64,000 nt of DNA, from the NCBI GenBank assembly GCA_021299095.1, contig JAJTFW010000011.1, positions 43 to 64,042 of the forward strand. The letters are read 5' to 3'. Position 1 is the stretch's first letter. Each line of letters opens with the position of its first letter. The stretch comes from Sphingobacteriales bacterium (GTDB lineage: Bacteria; Bacteroidota; Bacteroidia; AKYH767-A; OLB10). The position numbers and the translations under genes were made by a program. This document shows, one piece after another, positions 18,285-28,089 of the stretch. The notes under the pieces were generated by a model, which worked only from the letters and a program-made list of their open reading frames with translations, was not told where the DNA came from and searched no databases.

Positions 18285-20996
18285 ATGAATAAAAACATCC
18301 TTTTGTCCTTGCTAGGCGTTTTCTTGCTGGTCTCCTCAGCGGTCCAGGCACAATTTCTACCGGTGAGTTGCTCCAATTTTTGTGCGCAGAGCATGCGTTA
18401 CGATTCATCAGCTGCAAATACCTGGCAAATGGACATCCAGTTTCAGTATCCGGGCGTCCAGGCCATTATCAATTACCCACACGTAAGTGCCATTACCAGC
18501 ATCAATGGTGATACATTAGGGGTGGCTAGCCTGAACCTCTTCGGTCAGATCTCCAATACAACAGCCCAATACAGCGTGCCCATGAATGCCCTTGGGCAGA
18601 CCTTCAACCCTTTCACGTTTGTCGGCAACATCCATTTTACCTACGACAGTGTTACCTGTATTTTACCCTATCCCTGCGTTCCAGCGCAAACGTGTAGCTG
18701 GACATCCAGTCAAAGTCCGGGTTCGGCGGCTGTGGTTTTCTCGCTTACTTCTGTTTACTCAGCCCAAACACATACTGCCTATTGGAGTTTCGGAAACGGA
18801 ACCAGCGGGCAATCCGCTCCTTATGGCGCGGTTACCGCGCCGTACAACGCTGCGGGCACCTACGTGGCCTGTGTGAACATTGTCAACAACACTTCAGGAG
18901 TCACCGTGTGCAGCTATTGTGACTCGGTTACGGTCGGGTTCCAGACCAACAATTGCTTCTTTACCGCTTCCTCCGTACCCGGCACCAATACAGCCTGGAC
19001 TTTCAGCGGAAGTCCTGCTTACAGCACATCTACGTTGCAATGGTCATTCGGTGATGGCAGTTCAGGTAGCGGAACATCTCCAAACCACACCTATACCTTG
19101 CCCGGTGCCTACACGGTGTGTATGAACGAAGTCAACCCCAACGGGGTAATCGTTTGTACGTATTGCGATAGCATCTACGTATCCGGTGTTGGATGCCAGG
19201 CCAACTTCACTTACGGCCAACAGGGAAATACGTTCTCCTTCATCCCTGCTGTGAGTGGCGGACCGGTCAGCAGCTATTCCTGGACTTTTGGCAACGGAAC
19301 GGGTAGTAACCTGCCATCCGTTACCATGACATACAATGCCCCAGGCATGTACCTCGTATGCCTCACCATCACCACGGCTTCAGGTTGTGTCGATTCTGTT
19401 TGCCAGATGGTAACGGTTCCCCAAACCTCCACTTGCCAAATCAGCATCATTCCGGATACTTCACAAGCCAACAACTATTACTTCCAGGTTAATCCGGCAA
19501 GCTTACTCAATACGTATACCTGGTCCTTTGGCGATGGTACGACATCCAATCAACCCTTCCCCACGCACCAGTATGCCGCTTCTGGAACCTATATCGTATG
19601 TGTGACCGAAACCAACCCCAGCGGCGCTGTGGTGTGTTCAACATGTACCGCTCTCACGGTCGGCGGTGGAGGAGTCAATTGTACCTACTCGGCTTCTCCC
19701 ATCCAGGGTGTCGCCAATGGCATGACCTTTAGCGCACCTGCGGTTCAGGCGGTCAACTACAACTGGAATTTCGGCGATGGCAGCGGACCGGTTGTTTCAT
19801 CAAGCAACAGTGTTTCCCACGTATTTCCTGGACCCGGTATATACAGCGTATGTTTAAGCTTGACTCAGGCCGGCAATACGGTTTGTACTTACTGCGACTC
19901 AGTGGTGGTGCAGGCGGGATCCAACTGTACGTTCTCATGGGTATCAGGCAACCCTGCCAACCCCAATTCGCTCCTCTTCTCGGCTTTCGGTTATAACAAT
20001 GCCACGTACAACTGGACATGGGGCGATGGTACAACCACAAGCACCGCATCAGGTCCATCGGTTGTTCATACTTACGCCCAGCCTGGCACCTATCAGGTAT
20101 GCCTGACCATTACAGCCGGTGGGGCCGTGGTGTGTACCGGATGCCAGACAGTCACAGTCGGTGGTGTCAGTCCCGGATGCCAGGCGAATTTCGTCAGCGT
20201 CAGTGTCGGATTGCAGGCCTATTTCATCGATCAGTCGGTGCTTGCATCTAACACACCCACATCTTACAACTGGACGTTTGGTGACGGCAACAGCAGCACA
20301 CTGCAGTTCCCGAACCACCAATACAGCAATCCGGGCTGGTACAATGTCTGTTTGATGGTGATGAACGGCAACTGCACCTCAACGTACTGCGACTCCATCC
20401 TGATCGATACATCAAGTGTATCCCCTGTGGTTTGCAACTCCTATTTCGTTTTCACCCAGACCAATCCGTATAATATCATCGCGGTGAATCTGGCCAGCGG
20501 ATTCAACCCTATGTTCAATTGGGATTTCGGCGACGGAACGACATCCAATCAAGCCTATCCCACGCACCAGTATGCTTCTACCGGCAACTATCTCATCTGC
20601 CTCACCGTGAGTGATGCCTCAGGATGTAGCGATACCTATTGCGACACGCTTGGCGTCGATTCGGCCGGGAACATCGTGTACCGAGGAGCCACTGCCGGAT
20701 TCTTCCTCAATGTATTACCCCCCAACCAGCTTACAGGAACACCCGAGCAAACCGAGCTCGATGCGCATGTATATCCTGTTCCCACCACCGCGCTGCTCAA
20801 CATCCGCCTCGACCGAAATCCTACTCCGGGTTCACGCAGTGTACTCCGTAGCATTGATGGACGTTTGATGTTGGATCAGGCACTTACCGACATGCAATCG
20901 ACACTTGACCTGGGCGCTTTGCAATCAGGCATGTATATACTTGAATTGATAGACGCAGACGGACGCAGAACAACACGACCCGTATTGAAGCAATAA
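18285..20996 (+). CDS. Multi-PKD-domain T9SS cargo protein
   Basis: Signal peptide MNKNILLSLL..VQAQ, eight W-x-F/W-G-D/N-G PKD repeats with CxxC-type linkers, CTD HVYPVP..SGMYILEL. Confidence 0.9.
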   Translation: MNKNILLSLLGVFLLVSSAVQAQFLPVSCSNFCAQSMRYDSSAANTWQMDIQFQYPGVQAIINYPHVSAITSINGDTLGVASLNLFGQISNTTAQYSVPMNALGQTFNPFTFVGNIHFTYDSVTCILPYPCVPAQTCSWTSSQSPGSAAVVFSLTSVYSAQTHTAYWSFGNGTSGQSAPYGAVTAPYNAAGTYVACVNIVNNTSGVTVCSYCDSVTVGFQTNNCFFTASSVPGTNTAWTFSGSPAYSTSTLQWSFGDGSSGSGTSPNHTYTLPGAYTVCMNEVNPNGVIVCTYCDSIYVSGVGCQANFTYGQQGNTFSFIPAVSGGPVSSYSWTFGNGTGSNLPSVTMTYNAPGMYLVCLTITTASGCVDSVCQMVTVPQTSTCQISIIPDTSQANNYYFQVNPASLLNTYTWSFGDGTTSNQPFPTHQYAASGTYIVCVTETNPSGAVVCSTCTALTVGGGGVNCTYSASPIQGVANGMTFSAPAVQAVNYNWNFGDGSGPVVSSSNSVSHVFPGPGIYSVCLSLTQAGNTVCTYCDSVVVQAGSNCTFSWVSGNPANPNSLLFSAFGYNNATYNWTWGDGTTTSTASGPSVVHTYAQPGTYQVCLTITAGGAVVCTGCQTVTVGGVSPGCQANFVSVSVGLQAYFIDQSVLASNTPTSYNWTFGDGNSSTLQFPNHQYSNPGWYNVCLMVMNGNCTSTYCDSILIDTSSVSPVVCNSYFVFTQTNPYNIIAVNLASGFNPMFNWDFGDGTTSNQAYPTHQYASTGNYLICLTVSDASGCSDTYCDTLGVDSAGNIVYRGATAGFFLNVLPPNQLTGTPEQTELDAHVYPVPTTALLNIRLDRNPTPGSRSVLRSIDGRLMLDQALTDMQSTLDLGALQSGMYILELIDADGRRTTRPVLKQ

Positions 20997-21053
20997 CGAA
21001 TTACAGCGTGAGTTGAGCCTGTCCCATCCAGACAGGACGCTGTACCGGCCACC

Positions 21054-21623
21054 ATGCAACCACCACGCGCACTGCTGGAAAACTGCCGGAACAATGACCG
21101 GAAGGCGCATCACGATTTATACGTGATGTGCTTTCCGCTTTTGTATTCCATCTGCTCACGTTACCACATCAACGATGAGGATCGGAAATCCGCACTCAAC
21201 CTCATTTTTCTCAAGCTGGTTACCAATATGCATGCTTACCTGCACAAGGCCGAGCTTGTTCCCTTTGAGCAATGGATGCGCCGCATTGCTGTCAATCACG
21301 TCATCGACGAATTCAGGCGTCAGAAACGGTATCGCGAAACCATTTTGTTGCATGATGAAACGCCGGACGAGCATCATCCACTCATAGGCGAAGACCCGGC
21401 CGATATCGATATGGATCTGTTGCACCGTGCCCTATCGAGTCTGCCGCCCGCAAGCCGAACGGTATTCAACCTCTTTGCCGTTGAGGGCTATCGTCACGAA
21501 GAAATATCCAGTATGCTTGGCATCAGCGTTGGCACATCCAAGGCACACGTGTTCAAGGCTCGCAAACGATTGCAGGAACTCCTGCCCTCGAATTTATCTT
21601 ATGAAAAACGTATTTTGTCATGA
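21054..21623 (+). CDS. ECF RNA polymerase sigma factor
   Basis: FEQWMRRIAVNHVIDEFRR (region 2); LPPASRTVFNLFAVEGYRHEEISSMLGISVGTSKAHVFKAR (region 4). Confidence 0.93.
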   Translation: MQPPRALLENCRNNDRKAHHDLYVMCFPLLYSICSRYHINDEDRKSALNLIFLKLVTNMHAYLHKAELVPFEQWMRRIAVNHVIDEFRRQKRYRETILLHDETPDEHHPLIGEDPADIDMDLLHRALSSLPPASRTVFNLFAVEGYRHEEISSMLGISVGTSKAHVFKARKRLQELLPSNLSYEKRILS

Positions 21624-22933
21624 GTAGTTCATACCCTAACATTCCGGACCCCGGTCAGTATTGGCCGGAAGCGGAGGCCATGCTCGACGGACATTTCCGT
21701 GGCAAGCGACGACGCCGGTTTCTGATTTGGTTCTTCCTATTGATCGGCCTGGTTTCATCTTGGATATTCGTTCAGGAACGTGCTTCCGATACACGCGATG
21801 CGTTGAAATCTGTTTCCACCGTTCAAAATATTGAGAGCGCATTACCCAGTGAGCAGAACGGTGCTGTGTCCGATGATGGTTCAACTGATTATAAAGCGCA
21901 GTTGCAATCAGATCAGGAATCACAAAATACAATTACATCCGCTTCAGCTTCGAATGACCCGCAACAAATAGCTCAACGCCCCGTCAAACTGTCACCTAAT
22001 AGAAACACCAAGCCTAGCTTGATTTCAGTACAAACATCCGTCCAACAAAACAGGCAACGCAAGGAACCAATCGATCGGAATCAAAACGCAAATCCAAGAG
22101 AAGAAAATAAAGCAAGTAAGAATTCAGTTACAGAAGAATTGAACCAATACGAATACACTGAAAATAATCAGGTCGACCCAATCGATGAGTGTGAAGATGT
22201 AACAGCGAATTTTTATGGCGAAGTCGATCCCGGCTATATCGATCGCAGGCGACTTGAAGAGACACCATGCCTTTCACCATCACTTAGCGTACAGTGGTTC
22301 AACACACGCGGCAATTGGGATATTCGCGTGGGTGCGGGAATCAGCCAGTGGGGCGAAGAATCCGCTTATAGCCCATACACACGTCAGACGTATACCAATA
22401 CCAGCTCGGTATGGCAACCCTACAATTATACGCTGGTGGACACAGACAGTGCCTATGTGTACGGTATGTTGTATTACCAGACATCAAACATTGTTGTAAA
22501 CGATAGTGTGCTAGTGACCACCACCGACACACTCTACGGATTGCTCCCCGACACGTCACTTGCCGGATCCCTGCCCTGTGTGAAGCACACCCTGATTCAG
22601 ATTCCCATCGAAATCGCCTGGACCCGCCAAATCGGAAAATTCGGAATCGGCATTAGCGCTGGTATCAGCATCGGCTGGCTGATCCGCTCTACGGGATCGT
22701 ACCTGCGGGCCGACCAAGCCGGACTGGTGGACTGGAACGGCAAAGGTAGAAGCGGCATTTTCATGCAGGCTGGTACTGCACTCGAGTTCAGCTACCGTAT
22801 CCGTGATCGAATCAGTATCCTGCTTCTGCCTGCAGGAAATACAGCACTCACTTCGGTGAATGAACCACTCGGATTGAAAAAACGCTACTCGGCCTGGGGC
22901 TTGCAGGCAGGATTGCGGTTTGTGTTGGATTGA
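21620..22933 (+). CDS. Putative anti-sigma: TM helix, low-complexity linker, C-terminal beta-barrel
   Basis: ATGA overlap with the sigma gene; WPEAEAML..KRRRR plus TM; S/Q/N-rich linker; IQIPIEIAW, GISAGIS, WGLQAGLRF. Confidence 0.65.
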   Translation: MSSSYPNIPDPGQYWPEAEAMLDGHFRGKRRRRFLIWFFLLIGLVSSWIFVQERASDTRDALKSVSTVQNIESALPSEQNGAVSDDGSTDYKAQLQSDQESQNTITSASASNDPQQIAQRPVKLSPNRNTKPSLISVQTSVQQNRQRKEPIDRNQNANPREENKASKNSVTEELNQYEYTENNQVDPIDECEDVTANFYGEVDPGYIDRRRLEETPCLSPSLSVQWFNTRGNWDIRVGAGISQWGEESAYSPYTRQTYTNTSSVWQPYNYTLVDTDSAYVYGMLYYQTSNIVVNDSVLVTTTDTLYGLLPDTSLAGSLPCVKHTLIQIPIEIAWTRQIGKFGIGISAGISIGWLIRSTGSYLRADQAGLVDWNGKGRSGIFMQAGTALEFSYRIRDRISILLLPAGNTALTSVNEPLGLKKRYSAWGLQAGLRFVLD

Positions 22934-23071
22934 GTACTCACTGATCCAGGCTGAGAGGCCGATTCAGTACGATGAAGCAGCGTAGATATTCAATGTGTGC
23001 TTTTCCGTCCTTCACCCTGTTTTGCTTCACTCCAATCTATATTTTTGATCTTATACCTACATACCACCACC

Positions 23072-24454
23072 ATGTTGATTAAACAATACCTAAAACACCT
23101 GTTTACCTTTCTACTCCTACTCGGCAGTTTAGAAACCTACGCACAAAACAATGCCCTTGCACTAGACGGAATTGATGATGCGGTCACCGTAAGCGGAGGA
23201 TCCGGATTGATTACCACAGGCACCGGAATCACCCTCACAACCTGGGTATATCCAACCAACCCTGCACCTTCGTTCCCCAATTTCGATGGAATTGCAGGAA
23301 TTCGGAATAACACCGATGCTGATTTCTACATCCTCCATTTCACACCCACTTCCGTTGAAGCCCGGTTCCGCAACAGCACCGGAGTGAACTACGACATCGT
23401 TGCTCCGGTGATTACACTTAACACCTGGGTTCATCTGGCGCTGACTTATGACGGCACGACCTTGAGCCTCTACAAAAACGGAATCCTCAATGCATCTGTT
23501 CCAGCTAGTGGAAACATCAGCAACTCGCTGGTTGATTTCCTGGTTGGTAATCAGATTTTCGGAATCACCAGTTACTGGCTTGCGGGTCGCGTGGATGAAG
23601 TGAGTTTATGGAACCGTGCATTACAGGCTTCGGAACTCGCCTGCATTGCTGCCGATGGAATTGACACGACGAACGCTACCGGACTGAAGCTCTATTACCG
23701 CTGCAACCAAGGGGTTGCCGCAGGAAACAACGCCGGAATCACGACACTGCTCAACTCGGCTCCGGGCGGAACGAACGGATTCCTCAGCGGGTTCGCCATG
23801 AATGGAACAGCATCGAATTTCGTTGCAGGTGCTGCAGCTATAACCACTGTCACCCAATTCATCTGCCCCGACAGCCTGCTGCTTTTCAATGGTCAATTCG
23901 TAACGGCTCCGGGCACCTATTACGATACCTTGTCTACTGCTGCCGGTTGCGACTCCATCATTCAACTCAACTTGTTTGCCCTGACAGTAAATACCGGAGT
24001 GACGCAAAACGGCAGTAGCCTAACCGCCAACCACACTGGCACGTATTACCAGTGGGTTGACTGCAACAACAACTTCGCGCCCATTTCCGGTGCAACCGCT
24101 AAAACCTTCAACCCCACGGTTCCAGGCAGCTATGCTGTAATCGTCCTGCAGGGTTCTTGCTACGATACTTCATCCTGCTATACCGTTTCTGCCATCGGTG
24201 TGGAGGAGCTAAATCCCGCCTTATTCTCGGTTTATCCCACCGTGACGACGGGCGAAGTCAACATCCGTGCACAGGGTGCGAACGAACCCTTCACCTTGTA
24301 CATCAATGACCTGAGCGGTCGCCGTGTGCTGGAGCAGTTTCTGGATCGTTTTGATCAGCACACCCTCGATATCAGTGCGCTCCCACAGGGCTATTATACA
24401 CTAGAGCTACGCGGCCGAAATCAGGGAGCGGCCTACCGCCTGCTCAAGCAATAA
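23072..24454 (+). CDS. LamG-like jellyroll T9SS cargo protein
   Basis: NALALDGIDDAV, WVHLALTYDG, LYKNG, GRVDEVSLWNRAL, CTD SVYPT..DLSGR..GYYTLEL. Confidence 0.88.
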   Translation: MLIKQYLKHLFTFLLLLGSLETYAQNNALALDGIDDAVTVSGGSGLITTGTGITLTTWVYPTNPAPSFPNFDGIAGIRNNTDADFYILHFTPTSVEARFRNSTGVNYDIVAPVITLNTWVHLALTYDGTTLSLYKNGILNASVPASGNISNSLVDFLVGNQIFGITSYWLAGRVDEVSLWNRALQASELACIAADGIDTTNATGLKLYYRCNQGVAAGNNAGITTLLNSAPGGTNGFLSGFAMNGTASNFVAGAAAITTVTQFICPDSLLLFNGQFVTAPGTYYDTLSTAAGCDSIIQLNLFALTVNTGVTQNGSSLTANHTGTYYQWVDCNNNFAPISGATAKTFNPTVPGSYAVIVLQGSCYDTSSCYTVSAIGVEELNPALFSVYPTVTTGEVNIRAQGANEPFTLYINDLSGRRVLEQFLDRFDQHTLDISALPQGYYTLELRGRNQGAAYRLLKQ

Positions 24455-24474
24455 CGAAACGTCTCATACGCTTG

Positions 24475-24503
24475 AAGGGAGGCCCATCGGGTCTCCCTTT
24501 TTT
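24475..24503 (+). terminator. Rho-independent terminator
   Basis: AAGGGAGGCCC-atc-GGGTCTCCCTT followed by a T-run. Confidence 0.85.
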
Positions 24504-24560
24504 GTGCCGATTGGATTCGTTACTTTTACGAACATCACGACTCAACCCATTCACATTCCG

Positions 24561-27500
24561 ATGCAAAAGAGCAGCTTGTCCCGATTCTTCGTTCTATCTC
24601 TTGTACTTCTGATTTCTTCCGCATTCAGTGCGAAAGCCTCCGGAGACACCACCGTGGTTCAAACCTTCAATTTTGGAAGTACCTCACGGAGCGGGATGTT
24701 CCAATTCCCCGATGACACCACCAAGCGGTATGAAAAAATTATCATGCTGTACCGTATGCGCTGTAAAAATGGCCTGGTGTCAACCTCCACCAACCGCAAC
24801 CTCGGATGTGGAGAGTGGGATTACAATTGCTACACCTACCTCATCGACTCATCGATGACCGATTCCGTAGCGCGCGCTGTATCGGATTATCAGATCAATG
24901 GATTTTCAGGTACTACCTTTCAATACACAAGCCAGCCGCAATACAACCTCACGTTCAGTGAGCAGCAGCAGGTGACCTACACCTCCGTGAATGGAGAAAC
25001 CTCCGTGTCGCCGGGATCAGGAGCCGCAGTGCTCAATCACCCCTTTGCTACGGGCAGCCAGTCGGGCCGCATGCAATACCTCTGGACAGCCGCTGAACTT
25101 TCAGCAGCCGGCTTCACTGCGGGTGACATCAACGGACTCGGCATCGATCTCGGAAGCTCTGGCGCCCTGTACCAGAACCTCCGCATCCGCGTCCGCCATA
25201 CAGCACAGGACAGCCTCAATGCTCTAAGTCCGGAGATTGATGGGTTTACCGAGGTGTATTTTCTGAACACCGACTTTCCGGCAAATGGACTTCAGCGATT
25301 CAATTTCCATACGCCCTTCAACTGGGATGGCACCTCAAACCTCTTGCTTGAATTCATCTACACCGGCGTGAGCGGAACGGGATCATGTCTGACAACCGGC
25401 GAGCAGATGACCGATACACGCGCACTGGTGAACACCGCCAGCGATGGATACCTTGAGACCAGCGGAGGACCAGCGGTTATCGATATTCCGGCTGCAGTTG
25501 GCAACAACATTACGGGAGCCATTACCATCGCATTCTGGTGTTATGGCGATACGGCTCGAATCCCCGCCAACACCAGCATTTTCGAAGCACTTGATGCTGC
25601 CGGCCGCCGGCAGTTGAACCTTCACCTACCCTGGTCGAACGGTAGTGTGTATTGGGACTGCGGTAACGATGGAACCGGATACGACCGCATCAACAAGGCC
25701 GCCACTACGGCCGAAACAGAGGGGCGCTGGAACCACTGGGCTGTGACCAAAGATGTAACAACCGGATCCATGAAAATCTACCTCAACGGACAACTTTGGC
25801 ATTCGGGAACAGGCAATGTCAGGCCCATCTCTATCGCCCAGTTCAAACTTGGCAGATCGGTCAGCAACAACTACACGTTTTTTGGTGGTATGGATGATTT
25901 CTCCGTATGGAATGCGGAATTGACGCAATCACAGGTTCAGGAGATCATGTTCTCGAATATCACAGCTGCTCATCCTGCGTACGCCAACCTCCAAGTGTAC
26001 TATCCCATGGATAATGCCGGTTCTGGGATACTCGACGATGCAGGCCCTAACGGATACGATGCTACGCAATTCGCCATGACCCCGCGCCTGCGCAAAGCCC
26101 GTGAGCTTTTCCGAAACTTCAGTCCGATCGCTGAAAGGCCCTACGCCACATTCTACAGAGGCACCTATACCACCAGCATACAGACCATCCCCAGCTACGA
26201 TTCCACACTCATTGCTCCAAGCTCAGTGGTTGCACTGGGTACTGACAATGCCAATAACTTGATTGCACTTGATACCAATTTCGTTTGGCCGGCCGGAATC
26301 TACACCTACACCAGTTCAGAAGCAGGTGTATTGCTGGACTCAGTCCTTGTGTTGGCCGAAGACAGCATTATCATCGACACCTTATTCTATTATGAGAAAC
26401 GTCCTGCTAAAGTCGAGCTCATCGATTTTATCACGCCGTACGGCATCGGCCTTGACATGGATGGTCTCAACGGTAAGACCTGGGCATTTGACGTGACCGA
26501 TTACGCGCCTGTGTTGCGCGGCAACAAGTTCATGTCCATGGAAGGAGCGGGCCGAAACTCAGAAGACAACGACATCACCTTCCTGTTCATCGAAGGAACT
26601 CCGCCCCGCGATGTAATTTCCCTTCAGAACATCTGGCCCAATGGAACCTGGGGTGAAGTCAACTATGGTCAGATTCTCGCCAACACCTTCTTTGAACCCA
26701 GGGAAATCAACCTCTCACCGGATGCCGCTCAATATAAGATCCGTTCCTCCGTAAGCGGTCACGGTCAGGAGGGCGAATTCATTCAGCGTGTTCACACGCT
26801 GCGGATGAACAACAGCGTTAATTTTTCCCGACCGGTATGGAGCGAGTGTGCCACCAACCCCATTTACCCGCAGGGTGGAACATGGGTGTATGATCGGGCT
26901 GGCTGGTGTCCGGGAGCAGCGGTTGACTTAAAAGAATACGAGCTATCGGCGTACGTCACACCTGGACAGACAGTCACCCTCGACCACACCCTGCCCAACG
27001 CTACCAATACCGGCGATTCACGCTATCGGATCAACAACCAGCTGATCAGCTATGGCCCAACCAATTTCAGCCTTGATGCACGTTTGAATTACATCAAATC
27101 TCCGACCAACCGTGTTGAGTATACCCGACTCAATCCTGTTTGCAATCAGCCGGTTACCTTGCCTCAACCCAACTGGCTCAGTTCGAACAGCAGCGAGTTC
27201 ATTGCTGTTATCAGCAATCCCAACGGAGGAAGTGATCAGTACAGCGGTAACGACACCCTCATCAATACCTTCAATTACACGGCTGTTTATACTAACTCGC
27301 TTGTTGTCGAGGTTCGCACCAACAACAATGGAACACATACGTCCTATTCCCTACGCGACAGCCAGGGTAACCTCATCGTCAACCGACTTGGCTTGGCGGC
27401 CAATACCGTATACCGCGATACGCTCAACCTGCCCACCGACTGCTACACCTTCTACCTCAACGATCTCGGCGACGATGGCCTAAGCTGGTGGGCTAATTCG

Positions 27501-27899
27501 GGGCAGGGCACAGGCTATTGCCGTCTTAAGAACGCCGCTACCGGAGCCATCATCAGGACCTTCAATTCCGATTTCGGCGATAACATCTATCAGCAGTTCA
27601 CGGTCAATTATGCACTGCCTGTAAACGAACTTCCTGCTGGTGATGCGGGTCCCTTGCACCTGTACCCCAATCCGGCATCGACCCAGTTCACTGCGGAGTT
27701 CACCTTGCCGTATGCTACATCGGCTGTGTTGGAAGTTCGCAATACGCTTGGACAACTCATGCTGAGTCAGGAAGTGAACAGCACCGATCAACTTCAGCGC
27801 ATTGTGCTGGACGCCGAGCATCTGCAAGCTGGAATGTACACCGTTGCCTTACGGGCTGGAAACGCCCAGTCGGTACAGCGCATCAGTATTTTCCGCTAA
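24561..27899 (+). CDS. PNGase F-related domain plus LamG, T9SS cargo protein
   Basis: CGEWDY, inserted LamG (WNHWAVTKD, IYLNG), ELIDFITPYGIGL, FDVTDYAPVLRG, SGHGQEGEF, PQGGTWVYDRAGWCPG, CTD LYPNPA. Confidence 0.85.
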   Translation: MQKSSLSRFFVLSLVLLISSAFSAKASGDTTVVQTFNFGSTSRSGMFQFPDDTTKRYEKIIMLYRMRCKNGLVSTSTNRNLGCGEWDYNCYTYLIDSSMTDSVARAVSDYQINGFSGTTFQYTSQPQYNLTFSEQQQVTYTSVNGETSVSPGSGAAVLNHPFATGSQSGRMQYLWTAAELSAAGFTAGDINGLGIDLGSSGALYQNLRIRVRHTAQDSLNALSPEIDGFTEVYFLNTDFPANGLQRFNFHTPFNWDGTSNLLLEFIYTGVSGTGSCLTTGEQMTDTRALVNTASDGYLETSGGPAVIDIPAAVGNNITGAITIAFWCYGDTARIPANTSIFEALDAAGRRQLNLHLPWSNGSVYWDCGNDGTGYDRINKAATTAETEGRWNHWAVTKDVTTGSMKIYLNGQLWHSGTGNVRPISIAQFKLGRSVSNNYTFFGGMDDFSVWNAELTQSQVQEIMFSNITAAHPAYANLQVYYPMDNAGSGILDDAGPNGYDATQFAMTPRLRKARELFRNFSPIAERPYATFYRGTYTTSIQTIPSYDSTLIAPSSVVALGTDNANNLIALDTNFVWPAGIYTYTSSEAGVLLDSVLVLAEDSIIIDTLFYYEKRPAKVELIDFITPYGIGLDMDGLNGKTWAFDVTDYAPVLRGNKFMSMEGAGRNSEDNDITFLFIEGTPPRDVISLQNIWPNGTWGEVNYGQILANTFFEPREINLSPDAAQYKIRSSVSGHGQEGEFIQRVHTLRMNNSVNFSRPVWSECATNPIYPQGGTWVYDRAGWCPGAAVDLKEYELSAYVTPGQTVTLDHTLPNATNTGDSRYRINNQLISYGPTNFSLDARLNYIKSPTNRVEYTRLNPVCNQPVTLPQPNWLSSNSSEFIAVISNPNGGSDQYSGNDTLINTFNYTAVYTNSLVVEVRTNNNGTHTSYSLRDSQGNLIVNRLGLAANTVYRDTLNLPTDCYTFYLNDLGDDGLSWWANSGQGTGYCRLKNAATGAIIRTFNSDFGDNIYQQFTVNYALPVNELPAGDAGPLHLYPNPASTQFTAEFTLPYATSAVLEVRNTLGQLMLSQEVNSTDQLQRIVLDAEHLQAGMYTVALRAGNAQSVQRISIFR

Positions 27900-27937
27900 G
27901 CATCGCTGCAGGACTTGCTTTAGGCTGCGTATAGCCG

Positions 27938-28089
27938 TACCTTTGCCCCATTCCGGCGTGATTTCTATCGTTTGAGGGGCCATCGAGCCCCCGCACGCAA
28001 CCTCCGGTTCCATAGAAATTACCAGGTGGACCAGCTGCACACCGGCAGAGCATGTCGCTCTGTTGTGCATGGGTGCGGCACAAGCTTAA
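27938..28089 (+). promoter_or_regulatory. -7 box plus structured ~140 nt 5' leader of the helicase gene
   Basis: TACCTTTG at 27938-27945; stems 27958-27968/28012-28022 and 28036-28069. Confidence 0.6.

Noticed and set aside
19539-20575. Near-identical DNA stretches 999 nt apart in the PKD gene (ACGACATCCAATCAA, CCCACGCACCAGTATGC), considered as a DGR template/variable pair
   Set aside because: Mismatches are not adenine-specific, both copies are in-frame PKD repeats, and no reverse transcriptase is present. This is ordinary domain duplication.
21780-22200. AT-rich patch considered as a foreign insertion or deletion junction
   Set aside because: It encodes the in-frame low-complexity S/N/Q/E linker of the anti-sigma-like protein. 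A missing barrel strand is possible but cannot be supported without an alignment.
22934-23000. CTGATCCAGG and GCTGAGA words resembling a TPP riboswitch or hammerhead core
   Set aside because: The TPP elements are in the wrong order, the CUGANGA..GAAA hammerhead core is absent, and no thiamine gene follows. It is at most a simple hairpin.
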